From positions 40,176,001 to 40,240,000 of the forward strand of contig OZ024754.1 of NCBI GenBank assembly GCA_964016885.1: 64,000 nt of DNA, given 5' to 3'. Every line of letters starts with the position of its first letter. The stretch's first letter is position 1. Shown here piece after piece: positions 52,315 to 64,000 of this stretch. Under the pieces are notes generated by a model. It was not told the DNA's origin. It did not search any database and was given only the letters and a program-made list of their open reading frames with translations. Both the position numbers and the translations under genes were made by a program. This stretch comes from Eledone cirrhosa (Eukaryota).

Positions 52315-53080
52315 AATGAGTTATATGGTTGAAATACGTATAATAAAATAAATATGAGTATGTACACGTACATACATATATGTATACAGACGTACAGTAG
52401 TATGTACATATATATACATACATAAATATGGTATTATAAAAATATAAATTTTGTTTATATATATATAGAGTAGCTAAATTATTTTGTTTATATATATATA
52501 TAGAGAGAGAGAGTATATGTAATATATATAGAGTATATGTAATATATATATAGAGTAGCTAAATTATTTTGTTTATATATATATATAGAGAGAGAGAGTA
52601 TATGTAATATATATAGAGTATATGTAATATATATAGAGAGTAGCTAAATTATTTTGTTTATATATATATAGAGAGAGAGAGTATATGTAATATATATAGA
52701 GAGTAGCTAAATTCAAATATAAGTTGGTTTAATTGAAACTATATATATAAAGCTACTGTAAGTATAACTACAGGTTGATGTAAAAGTGTCATCTTTATTT
52801 TAGGGGTTTCGATATAAAACAACAGTTGTCATTGAGGAAGAAGACAACGGACAACAATGAAATTAAACCCCAGAAAGGAAGAAAGCGACTGGGAAAATGG
52901 AATATTTCATTTGAAGAGAAGAAAATGTTGGTTTTTGTGGTGTTTATGGATTTCCTTTGAAAGGAAATGTAAGACGGGAGTTGATAAATGAATGACAGTA
53001 TCGAGGCTATTTGGTTTACCAGAAATCAATATATATATGTATTTGTGTACGGATAGGTAGATATATATATATATAGATGT

Positions 53081-53113
<33 letters not shown>

Positions 53114-53231
53114 TGTAGATATATATAGGTAGATAGATTTATATATATATATATATAAAGAGAGAGAGAGATGGATAGATATAGAGAGATATATATATAT
53201 ATAGAGATAGAGATAGAAATATGTAGATATA

Positions 53232-53311
<80 letters not shown>

Positions 53312-53382
53312 TAGATGCATAGATAGATGTAGATATATATATATATTTATATATAGAGAGAGAGATGGATAGATATAGACAG

Positions 53383-53413
<31 letters not shown>

Positions 53414-53510
53414 TAGAAATATGTAGATATAGACAGATATATATATATATATAGTTATAGATGCATAGATAGATGTAGATATATATAGACAGATAGATGT
53501 AGATATAAAC

Positions 53511-53557
<47 letters not shown>

Positions 53558-53962
53558 TACATAGATATATGTAGAAATATATAGAGTGAGAGAGATATAT
53601 ATAGATAGATATATGTAGATATATATAGACAGATAGATGTAGATATATATATAGACAGATATAGATAGTTAGATGTAGATAAGATACATATATAAATATA
53701 GATAAACAGAGAACAATCTTAGAGAAGCTAAGAATGTGACATGGTGAAATAATAATGAGATCCCACCTTTCGTTGTCTGAAAGATGTTTCTCTCTTAAAG
53801 ATTTGTCTATCCGTTCGATATGTGTTCGACATGCTTTGATTCCCTTCTCGACAGCTTCGATCTGAAGGATAATGAAAGATTATAGTTCAGATCAGATCAT
53901 ATAGAATATAGATAATAATAACAATAAATATAAAGGGAGAGTTATTAAGAAGAAGTACTTAC

Positions 53963-54026
53963 CTGACCAAAGATGCTTGGCATATTGATGCCGTAACACG
54001 TGTCACGCACTTAAAGTCGACTTCCG
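53963..54026 (-). promoter_or_regulatory. Candidate promoter and first exon of an unknown minus-strand gene (ATG 53983, MPSIFGQ)
   Basis: Local CpG enrichment, ETS motif CGGAAGT (54020-54026), E-box CACGTG (53997-54002), perfect donor CAG|GTAAGT at 53963. Confidence 0.5.
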
Positions 54027-55187
54027 TTATTTTATCTAATTCAAATATTCATTTCCTACAGTAAACGGAGGGAGGAAAAAAGTCTTTTATTATTATTTGT
54101 TCAAATTTTAAACTAATCATAAAGATCTAATATTAATATTTAGATTGCTTAAACATTAATTATATTTCGCATAATCAGCTATTGATTATGTGACACCTAT
54201 AATATGGTTGAATATACTATTAAATATGATTAATATATGAGAAGCTTCGTGTCCGTTGCGACGATGAGCATTCTAATTGTTCGTTAAACCGAACTCCATA
54301 CCTCTTATATTATATTTGTATCTCTTAAACGTAATATTTAGGTAGAAATCATGTGATAGTTTTCCCCTCTCCCCCACAGTCTCCCCTCACGAGGCTTCGA
54401 TCGATTCCAAGCTATTGTAAAAGGCTATTTCCTACTCAATAAGCTACTCAGTGAGATCGATTTCAGGGTCTCGTGGCTGTGAAGAGAACTTCTAATTCCT
54501 CTTTAATATTACCTCCTACACACAAACGTTACATAAATTAAAAGGGTTTTTTTTCTTTCTTCTGAAGACATACAATATGTTATTCCCTTAAGGGTCCGAG
54601 CTGGATAGTGTTTGTTTCAATGTTTTATCGGCAAAGATTTCATCCTTTTGAGGTTGATAAAAAAATATCAATCTATTAATGGGGTCAATTCTTCCTTCCT
54701 TCCCTCTCTCTCCTTCACTACGGCACTCCTACGATTGTTTCAGGGTTCATACATACATACATACATACTGCCTCAATACAAATCTTGAGAAGCTGGGCTT
54801 CACAGAAACAGAAAGAACACAACTAGTTAGGAAATTACAAGTACAATCCATTAATGGAACAGTAAAAATATGTAAAACATTCCCAAAATTCTGCATCTAA
54901 TAACTCCATATACACTTGTACAGATACAAAGCATATGCACATGCACACATACAACTCAAAACATACACGTCCACACATACAATAACATCCATACCTGCAC
55001 AAGCATGCATGCAGACATGCAGACATATCTACCTAGTTGATGGTGTGTAAATTCCAATGAGAGAGTCTTGTGTCTATGTTAGAAACCGACTCTCTCTCTA
55101 TTGGCAAAAATTTGTGAAATTATCAAACAAGAAGAACATACATACACAGGCAGACATATACCTCATCATCCTCATGTTTATTTTCCT

Positions 55188-55700
55188 GAAGGATGACAAC
55201 TGCATAAAAAGGTGCAGAGCACTAGAAGTCGATGGAAACCGCGGAGTGGGGAGACCCAGGAAGACCTGGGATGAGGTGATAAAAGCCGACCTTACCCAAT
55301 TGCACCTCTCAAAGGTGATGACACAAGACCGTGACCTCTGGCGTCACACAGTAATACAGAAGACCCGACCCCCCCACCGGTACAAGCCGAAGCTGAAGCA
55401 TATAGACAATATGCCCCCACATCCTCCCACTGCAAAGTGGTCGTGGAGGTGCTACGGCAAAAAAAGCACCCAGCCCACACACTGTAAAGTGTACGTGTAG
55501 GCACCACGGTAAAAAAAGCACCCAGCACTCACTGTAAATGAGGTTGGTGTTAGGAAGGGCATCCAGCTGTAGAAATCAAGCCAGAATCAGTTCCCGTATG
55601 AGCAAGACAAGGTCAGCCGACCAGACACTACCCACAACAGGACAACCCATCTAACCCATGCTAGCGTGGAAGAACGGACGTAAAACGGTGATGATGATGT
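55188..55700 (+). mobile_element. RTE LINE 3' end
   Basis: DNCIKRCRALEVDGNRGVGRPRKTWDE..DRDLWR, 3' UTR, (GAT)n tail. Confidence 0.87.
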
Positions 55701-56315
55701 AATGTCTTGTTTGCATGGATCTGTTATACATCTTTGTAGCAACATCTCAAATCTAATTTAACCACTTGAAACATATTCTTTCTCGGCAGAGCTGTTATAT
55801 GTGGAGAAGGGGTCATAGGTGGCAGATGGTGATATAGCCACCAGACATGGGGGTTAATTACAATATATGTAGGGTCCTGCTAGAGAACGGGTTGCAAGTG
55901 GCAGATACCCTCCATCAGGCATCTACCATACTCTGAACACCTTGCTTCCATGTGAATGGATACATTGATACACCGAAGCTTCGTCGTCTGGCAACTGACT
56001 TGGTAAACACCCACAAAATTATTAACCATCTTGCCAACAACAATCCTCAGAGTTGCTGAAGCATGGAACAAACTACCTGCATCAGTTGTTAGCTGCCGAG
56101 CCATTGCATCCTTTAAAACCTCCACGCTTCCTGAGATTCGCCAACACCACACCTGATATCCCCCCCTCCGTACACCTGCACACCTGTATTTCATGACTCA
56201 TACACTGTTCATTTTCCTGACATTTGTACATTATTCTATGTACTATACATGCACCTTTGATGAGTTGTAGTGCACCTGAGCGCTGTACACAATAATTGCA
56301 TTATTATATTATAAA

Positions 56316-56506
56316 GGGCAGTGGATTGGCAGTATCAGTAGAGGGTCTGATGCCATGCTTTGCAGCATAGAGTTACGTCCCTTTATGGTCCGAGTTCAAA
56401 TCCTGCCGAGGTTAACTTCGCCTTTCATCCTTACAGGGTTGATAAAATAAAGTACCGGTAATGCACTGGGGTAATTGCTGGCCTTGTGCGAAGTATAGAA
56501 ACAATT
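56316..56506 (+). mobile_element. SINE family A copy
   Basis: Full length, GGGCAGTGGATTGGC to GAAACAATT. Confidence 0.85.
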
Positions 56507-57477
56507 ATTATATTATATGTGGAGAATGAGTCGCAAGGGGCAGATCGTGATAGGGCCACCAGATAGAATAGTTAGTTACAATATATGTGGGCTGCTTTCA
56601 GACAAATAAACAACAGGGAGCTTAGCTCAAAAGACCAGGGAGTTGCTACTTCTCTGAATCGAGAGATCACTGCTCCAATACTACAAAACAACAGGATATC
56701 TTCTCTCATTAGCTTGTGGCATTTTTACATCGCAATTTGAAGAAGATTTTATTACTATGTCAAGCATGTTGAATGGCCTCCACAAAGAGCTTCCCTTACC
56801 AGCTGGCTCAAACAAGAACACCCTTGATAATATGATTGAGGGTCCCTGTACATAAAACAAAAGACAGGGTAGTCCTGTGCAAGTGGTGTAATTAATGGAT
56901 GTTAAGAGAACAGTGTAGTGAAAATAGAAATTTAAGGAGTTATTAAGTGGAAAAAAAAAAACATGGTTCCATATGGCATCTTTGTTTCTAGCCAACATTC
57001 TTGTATAGATATTAAAATGGAAGAAAAAGAAAAAAAAAGTGGTCATCTAGGTGTCACGACAAAAACACCCAGTACTCACTGTAAAGTGGTCATGAGAAAA
57101 AGTACCCAGTCCACACTGTAAAGTGGTCATGTAGGTGTCCCATCAAAAAGCACCCAGCCCACAATGTAAAGTGGTCATGTAGGTGTCATGAGAAAAAGTA
57201 CCCAGTACTCACTGTATAGTGGTTGTATAGGTGTCACAACAAAAAGCACCCAGTCCACTGTAAAGTGGTCATGTGGGTGTCACGACAAAAAGTACCCAGT
57301 ACGCACTCTAATTGTGGTTGCCGTTAGGAACGGTATTCAGCCAAAATCAGTTCTGTATGAACACGTAGTCATCTGATCTGACTTGTCTCACAATGAACCA
57401 ACTTGTCTAACCCATGCTAACATGGAAAAATGGCCGTTAAATGATGATGATGAATCAAAACACAACAATTTCAAATA

Positions 57478-57623
57478 TTAATCCTCATTAGTTTTTATTT
57501 CAGATAAAAAACGTTCATGTTTTAAATGAGTCTTTTTCCGTTTTTTCTTTAAATATGTTTCTACTTTGCCTTTGGCTTTTAGTTCTCGGAACTTTTCAGC
57601 AATTTCTAGCAATTTCTTGTCAG
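57478..57623 (-). CDS. RRP36: Ribosomal RNA processing protein 36, last exon
   Basis: CAG acceptor; (S)DKKLLEIAEKFRELKAKGKVETYLKKKRKK..NED*, matching the RRP36 C-terminus. Confidence 0.9.
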
Positions 57624-57697
57624 CTGGATAAAAGTAAAAAGAAAACAAAAGATTAAAAAAAATATCAAACACACATACATATAGATATACACACAGA

Positions 57698-58187
57698 GGA
57701 GATTACGTTGGTATAGACATGTGATGCACATGAAAGACAACAGCTGTATAAAAAAGTGCAGGGCGATCAAAATTGATAGAAGCTATGGAGTAGGTAGACC
57801 AAGAAAAACCTGGGACGACATGATAAAAACTGACCTTGCACACTTACACCTCTCTAAGACAATGTCACTGGATCGAGACCTTTGGCACGATGCAGTAGCA
57901 CAGAAGACCTACCTTCCCATGCGTACTAACTTAAACCTAGTCAGTAGGCACCTCTTAACTCAATATACCCCACCCCACATCCTCTACTCAATCCTCCTGT
58001 TAGAACCACAGAACACCCAGTCCACACTCTAAATGTGGTTGGTGTTAGGAAGGGCATCCAGCCGTAGAAAACCAGCCAGAAACAGTTCTATATGAGCGAG
58101 ACGCGGTCACCCGACCAATCTTGTCTCAAGTGGCACAAACCCGTCTAACCCATGCTAGTGTGGAAGATGGATGTTAAACGATGATGA
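57698..58187 (+). mobile_element. RTE LINE 3' end (intronic)
   Basis: GRPRKTWDD..DRDLW motif plus 3' UTR. Confidence 0.85.
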
Positions 58188-58223
58188 TATATATTATATA
58201 AAAACATTTTTAAAAAAACTTAC

Positions 58224-58341
58224 ATTTCTTTAAGAAATACCGTTTCTTTCCTTGATTAACTAATTCTTTTTCTTTGTTGTGCCAGGTTTTCTGTATATCT
58301 TTAGATGTAGAATGCTGTTTATCAGCCAATTTTTGTTGCTC
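58224..58341 (-). CDS. RRP36: RRP36 internal exon
   Basis: 118 bp, CAG|..|GTAAGT; EQQKLADK..EKELVNQGKKRYFLKK. Confidence 0.9.
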
Positions 58342-58595
58342 CTGGGAAGAATAAAAAAGAATTTTCATATAAAGATTAAAATGTTTCAAGTGATAGGTTC
58401 TTTATTTATTTTGAAATATTAACATTATATATTGAGGTAGACATGGGCTACCTAAGTGAAGGCATCCTGTCTAGGAGAGGAGGAACTGTAACTAAATACT
58501 AGCGTGTTGGAATACCTGCCTAAGTGAGCAGAAGCTCTACTGCATGGTAGAGATGTCTTAGTGAGTGAGAGCAAAGGAAACTTATCTAGAAGCAT

Positions 58596-58810
58596 TAAGC
58601 CTTTAGCATTTAAACCGGCCATATCTGGTCAGAATTCTTTCACCTCTTTCTGTTTAAACCAGCTGTAACTGGCTGCTCATATTTATTTTAAGGAATTGTC
58701 CTCAAAATAAATAACATCAAAATCTCATAGATTCCATATTATGTGAGGTAAAGTGTTTACTATGAATATACAATAGTAAATACAGAGTAATGTAAATGCT
58801 AATGGGTTAA
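58596..58810. mobile_element. piggyBac-like MITE
   Basis: TTAA ends, family TIRs slightly decayed. Confidence 0.8.
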
Positions 58811-59405
58811 ACATGATAGAGACAACTAAAAGATTTTAGTAGAGATCATCATTATCATTTTATGTCCACTTTTCCCTGCTTGCAAGGGTGGGACGGGTCC
58901 TCTTCAGCACAGCATTTCTCCATTCGTCACAGTCCCTCGTCATCTTCAGCGATCTGAGGTCAGCTCTCACCACCTCCGCCCATGTTTTTCGTGGTCTTCC
59001 TCTACCGTGATTTCTTGTCACTTCTTCACCCAGCAGTCATCTTCCATGCGCATCACATGGCTATACCAACGCAGTCTTCTAAACATGATAGAGACAACTA
59101 AAGGATTTTAGTAGAGATGTAGTCACTATAATAATATGTTCTCCTCCCTGTACTAACTTCATTTCATACACTTGTTTAATCATCTGACTGAACAACTGTA
59201 TCAAACTAACATAAAGCAGATTATTCCTCTTGTTTCTATTATAATTATTTTATTATCATTGCTATTATTATTATTATGATTATATTTTGCCTAGTTTTGT
59301 GTTTGAAGAAAAACTTTGTGTTAAAACAACTGTAAGGTTTAAATGATTTATGAACTTCTTTCTGTCATCTTAATGTTTTATATTTAGTAGATTATATATA
59401 TATAG

Positions 59406-59737
59406 AGGCACGTGGCTTAGTGGTTAGAGCATTGGCCTTGCAATCGAAAGGTTGTCAGTTCAATTCTCAGACCGGGTGATGTGTTGTGTCCTTGAGCAAG
59501 ACACTTTATTTCACATTGCTCCAGTTTACTCAGCTGTAGAAATGAGATGATAGGGGTCCTTATCATTCCACTGCAAAGTGGTCGTGGAGGTGCCACGGCA
59601 CAAAACCACCCAGCACTCACTGTAAATGAGGTTGGTGTTACAGCATCCAGCTGTAGAAATCAAGCCAGCATCAGTTCCCGTCCCACCCTTGCAAGCAGGG
59701 AAAAAGCGGACGTAAAATGAAATGATGATGATGATGA
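59406..59737 (+). mobile_element. SINE family B full-length copy
   Basis: Matches 27780-28110. Confidence 0.85.
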
Positions 59738-59739
59738 TA

Positions 59740-60100
59740 GAGTTACAATTGAAAGATGAGACCACTTCGACTGTGCTCCACCAGAAGCTGGGTGTGGATG
59801 ACATCACTGCTGTCCTTTCGCACACAACGTCTCCATTGGTACGGACATGTGCAGCGAGCCACGTCATGCATCAACTCCATCACTCACTCGGCAATCCCTG
59901 GCACTAGAGATCGCAGCAGACCAAGGAAGACGTGGTTGGAGTGCGTGAAGAGTGATTTGTATAAATGAAACTTGGCCAATGTCGATACCATGGACAGAAA
60001 TTCATGGAGAGCGGCTGTGAGACACTGCCTGGTGTTGTCTGCCTCGGAGTCTGGGACAACCGCAGCACCCTAAAGACCAAAACTGGACATGGATGGATGG
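59740..60100 (+). mobile_element. RTE-like LINE 3' end of another family, (ATGG)n tail
   Basis: QRLHWYGHVQR..RSRPRKTWLECVKSD. Confidence 0.78.
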
Positions 60101-60268
60101 CATAATGTAGTCCTAAATATATATTGCCTGAGAGAAAGATGGGATAGTTATGGCTGGAACACCTTTGATTATGAGTCTTCGGGTATTCTCAGTTAGGGCT
60201 CATCTGGGACTACAGAAGAATGTAAAAGTGTATTAAAGATTGAAAAATAATATCATAAACAGTTTTAC

Positions 60269-60343
60269 CATTCTTGTTATAAGGTACTTGATATTCTTGG
60301 ATCTGTCGTCATTTGGGGCTTTCTTCATTTTCTTCTTAAGAAC
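60269..60343 (-). CDS. RRP36: RRP36 internal exon
   Basis: 75 bp, phase 0; VLKKKMKKAPNDDRSKNIKYLITRM. Confidence 0.87.
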
Positions 60344-61279
60344 CTGTCAATGAAAATAAATTAAGACTTAATAATAATCAGGTAGTAACATGTGCTTACA
60401 CCGTATTCGACTACATAGAATTAGTGTTAGTTGGGATTTTAAAAAAGCCTCTGAATGGAAAATAATAACAATCATCATTTTTTTATGCCAACTTTTTATG
60501 TTGGGTTGGATGGGTTGGTTGCTACACTCCGATTCAGTTTTTATTTGAAGTTATTGTCCAGCTAGACATGTTAACAGAACATGTCTTATTCATCATCATC
60601 ATTTATACATCTGCTTTTCCACACTTGCATGGGTTGGACAGGAGCTTTTCAGTAGAGCATCTCTCCACTTGCCATGTGTTGTATGGTTTCTATGGCTGGG
60701 GTCCTTAAAACCAGGCTTTTGAAATGTTAAATGTTAAAACTCTTTTTCTACTATTTCTACAGGTTTGTCCCATTTAGAGGCAAGTTGGATCAGGTGACCA
60801 TGTCTCGCTTGTATAGGACAGTTTCCGGCTGTTTTTCCATGGCTGGATGCCCTTCCTAGCGCCAACCACATTTACAGTGTGCTGGGAACTTTTTACTGTG
60901 TCTTTTACACGATCACTTTACAGAGTGGGCTGGATGTTTTGTGGTACCAACGTAACATACACACACACATATATCTACATATAGACACACATATATATAC
61001 ATGTACACACACATGCATACATACATATATATATATATATATATACATATATACACACACACACACATACATGCATATATATATTTATACACACACATAC
61101 ATGCATATATATATATATACACACACACACATATATACATACACACACACACATATATACATACACACACACATATATATACATACATATATACATATAC
61201 ACACATACATATATACATATACATACATACACACATACATATATACACACATATACATATACACACACACACACATACA

Positions 61280-61311
<32 letters not shown>

Positions 61312-61504
61312 CATACATACACACACATCATCATCACCTCCGTCTTACGTCCATTTTCCATGCTAGCATGGGTTAGACGGGTTGTCCTGTATCAAGTATT
61401 AATAAACTAATATAGATATGATTTGGGAAAGAAGCAGAATTCAGAGGAAGTTTCCAAGAGTAATAATAATAGTAATTTCTTGCATATAAATAGAAAAACA
61501 ATAC

Positions 61505-61609
61505 CTGTAACTCTTTCTCTTTATAATCATCAATGAATGAGTAAGACTTCTTGAAAAAATCTTCACTGTAAGTTCCTGATAAGTTATCAAATCTTGGGTC
61601 TCGCTTAAC
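61505..61609 (-). CDS. RRP36: RRP36 internal exon
   Basis: 105 bp; VKRDPRFDNLSGTYSEDFFKKSYSFIDDYKEKELQ contains the RRP36 RDPRF signature. Confidence 0.93.
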
Positions 61610-61821
61610 CTAGGGTTGAAAAAATAGAAAAAAAAATATAATAATTTCTGATTTTGTCACAGGAAAGGAAAAATAAGCAGGATTTGAACGCAGAACATAA
61701 ACTGCAGCAACTAAAGGCTGCAAAGCATTTTATCCAATGCTCTAATAATTCTACCAATCTGCTGCCCTTAACTACCTGTAGTGAAAATATGGTTACCCTG
61801 AGATTTTGATGAAGAATCAGA

Positions 61822-62035
61822 ATTAACCCTTTAGTATTTACATTACTCTATATTTACTATTGTATTTTCATGGCAAAGGCTTTACCTCACATAATTATTT
61901 CCCATAAAATCAAATCTATGCTATTTTGAGAACAATACCTCAACATAAGTATGAGAAGCTGGTTACAGATGGTTTGAACAGAAAGAGGTGAGAGTGTTCT
62001 GGCCAGATACAGCCAGTTTAAATGCTAAAGGGTTA
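61822..62035. mobile_element. piggyBac-like MITE
   Basis: TTAA TSD and TIRs. Confidence 0.87.
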
Positions 62036-62508
62036 ATAGAGGACATGGTAGAACCAGACAGTACATTTTGAAATGTAATGAGCATCACCATATTTTGTTG
62101 TACCATATGTGGATCTAAAGAAAAATATGACTCAATATATCTTCCAAGTAAATGACTTTTTTGTTTTTAATAACATATTCAGCTGGTGCTATTAAGTTAG
62201 ACATGGCCTGGGCCAATACTGGCCGAAAGTTATCAAAGTTATTCAAGATGACAATCTTATTTTTTCCTGAATGAAAGAACAAGCTATCTAAACCAGAAGC
62301 CCCCAAACTGGTTGATATCACCCCATCACAAGAGTTCGATGGAACTACCCAGGAGGTTGACTAAACTTTGGGGCTAAAACCTGACATTTTTATAAGAAAT
62401 GAAAATACATATAATGATGATGATGAACTTTTTCATTATTAAGCTTGTATTTTTTTTAGCATAACTTAAAGATTTTTACATAACATTGCAATGGAAGTGT
62501 TAAACAGT

Positions 62509-62731
62509 TTAACCCTTTAGCATTCACATTACTCTATATTTACTATAGTATTTTCACAAAAAAGGCTTTATCTCATATAATATCTCACATAATACCGAAT
62601 CTACGAGATTTTGATATTATTTATTTTGAGAACAATACCTTAAAATCAGTATGGGAGGGGGTGCCAGTTTGTACAGAAAAAGGCGAGAGAATTCTGGCCA
62701 GATACAGCCGGTTTAAATGCTAAAGGGTTAA
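62509..62731. mobile_element. piggyBac-like MITE
   Basis: TTAA TSD and TIRs. Confidence 0.88.
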
Positions 62732-62813
62732 AAGAAACAGCTTTGTTTAGTCAGTTTGGTAAAAAAAAAAAAATGGGTTATAATAGAGATAAATCTAGAA
62801 GGAAGAAAAATAC

Positions 62814-62880
62814 CTTTTTCCGGACAGGAATTACATGTCTTAATTTAGACACTGGCTTTTTAGAGGACATTTCCAATGGT
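62814..62880 (-). CDS. RRP36: RRP36 internal exon (most 5' exon in window; gene is 5'-partial)
   Basis: 67 bp; (R)PLEMSSKKPVSKLRHVIPVRKK matches the conserved RPLEMS motif. Confidence 0.92.
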
Positions 62881-63329
62881 CTGTTAATGATAAAATAATT
62901 AATTAATTAATTAGAGTAAAGAGATGTTGAAGTTGCATGACATACAGATTACAAACATGAGTAAAATACAAGGGCCAGCTGAAAAGTTTTTAGGCTGATA
63001 TGATGTAATGATGCTAGGGCTGTGAAATCTTGCACGCATTAATTTCAACACTTCTTATCAATAACTGCACTGTAAAGTTATTGCTGATAGGAAGGATTAT
63101 CCAAACAAATGGCCAAGAAGACTCATCAGTTGTGTCAAAGACATGACAACCCCCCCTAGTGCTGGTGTCAGAATAAATTGCACCTGGTGCACTCCTTAGT
63201 GTGGGGACATATGTGAGATGTGGCCCCCTGACCTGTCTGAGAGGCCAGTAATTCCAATTAAGTACTAACTTTGTGACAACCTGTCCAACCCTCATTAGCA
63301 TGAGATAGATAGATAGGTAGGTAGATATA

Positions 63330-64000
63330 TTTCTTTATTTGCCACAAGGGCGCAAAAGATGGGGACAAATACAATTGGGGAGTTTACATACAAGGCGTGT
63401 AAAAATGTATGACAAAAATGATCAATAAAACAAACGAAATCCCCAATAGGGGGGAGGCGTTACAAATGGGTTGCACACACCCCGAAAAAAAATGTACAAC
63501 CCTCATCTCCAGGTGCACGAAGAGTGAGTGCTCCTTTCCTCTCTTCCTCAACCTTCAGGCTTATATAGAGAGAAGGCCCAACCACTCGGGCGATCCTTGC
63601 CACATTCACCCACCTTTCGTAAAATTTGCTGGGGTGCAGCACTTCTCTCTCCACTCTGATTCTTCTTCTAAAATGATATTACGCTGCCACTCCTAATCGC
63701 TTCTTCTACTTTATCTACCAGTTCCTTTTCAGTCTTATTCCTATCTAACGCTAGTTCTTTACTAAAGCATATCGATCCTAATCTAATTGCTCTCTTAAGA
63801 GAGCCCCACCACCTGTTGTTGACAATTGCCCCCGTCAACTGCTGCTTAACTAAAGTGCTAATCCGACTACTGTATGCTTTACGTGTTGGTAACGACAGGT
63901 TCATCTTCCAGTAGCCGGGTCCCTGCCTATGGGTTCTATCAAGGTTGACTACGCAGGTCACTAGTTTGTGATCTGAATAGGCAACCATGAACAAAATTTG
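63330..64000 (-). mobile_element. Internally deleted Tx1/L1-like LINE (end of APE domain joined to 3' end)
   Basis: YSDHKLV..GPGYWKMNLSL (63668-63994) abuts the C-terminal MEREVLHPSKFYERW; 3' end adjoins (GATA)n. Confidence 0.8.

Noticed and set aside
53859-53893. GATCTGAAGG..TTCAGATC hairpin with CTGAAGG/GAAA
   Set aside because: Core is CTGAAGG, not CTGANGA, and the geometry does not fit a hammerhead.

Overview
AT-rich, repeat-dense eukaryotic DNA. The (AT)n/(GT)n/(GATA)n microsatellites, tRNA-derived SINEs and RTE LINE fragments suggest a mollusc, probably an octopod cephalopod (inference). Almost all ORF-track entries are microsatellite or tandem-repeat artefacts. Two spliced protein genes can be rebuilt by hand. 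(1) A complete ~177-aa ATF3/JDP2/Fos-family bZIP gene on + (CDS 21069-21347, 22704-22811, 23538-23684), with a CRE, a TATA box and a probable uORF. (2) The five 3' exons of RRP36 on - (62880 to 57478), whose 5' exons lie beyond the window. A possible third, multi-exon minus-strand transcript starts near 54000. The rest is SINEs, RTE, Tx1-like, R4/Dong-like and CRE-like LINE fragments, piggyBac, mariner, pogo and hAT MITEs, and several minisatellites derived from those elements. The most striking signal is a set of short elements embedded in (AT)n tracts that carry type I hammerhead-ribozyme cores. Several are complete, two have ~60-nt covarying stem II extensions, many are folded back into palindromes, and they share a downstream ACTC..GAGTAC hairpin. 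This looks like a Penelope-like/retrozyme-type microsatellite-dwelling system. All structures were read by eye; nothing was computed or searched.
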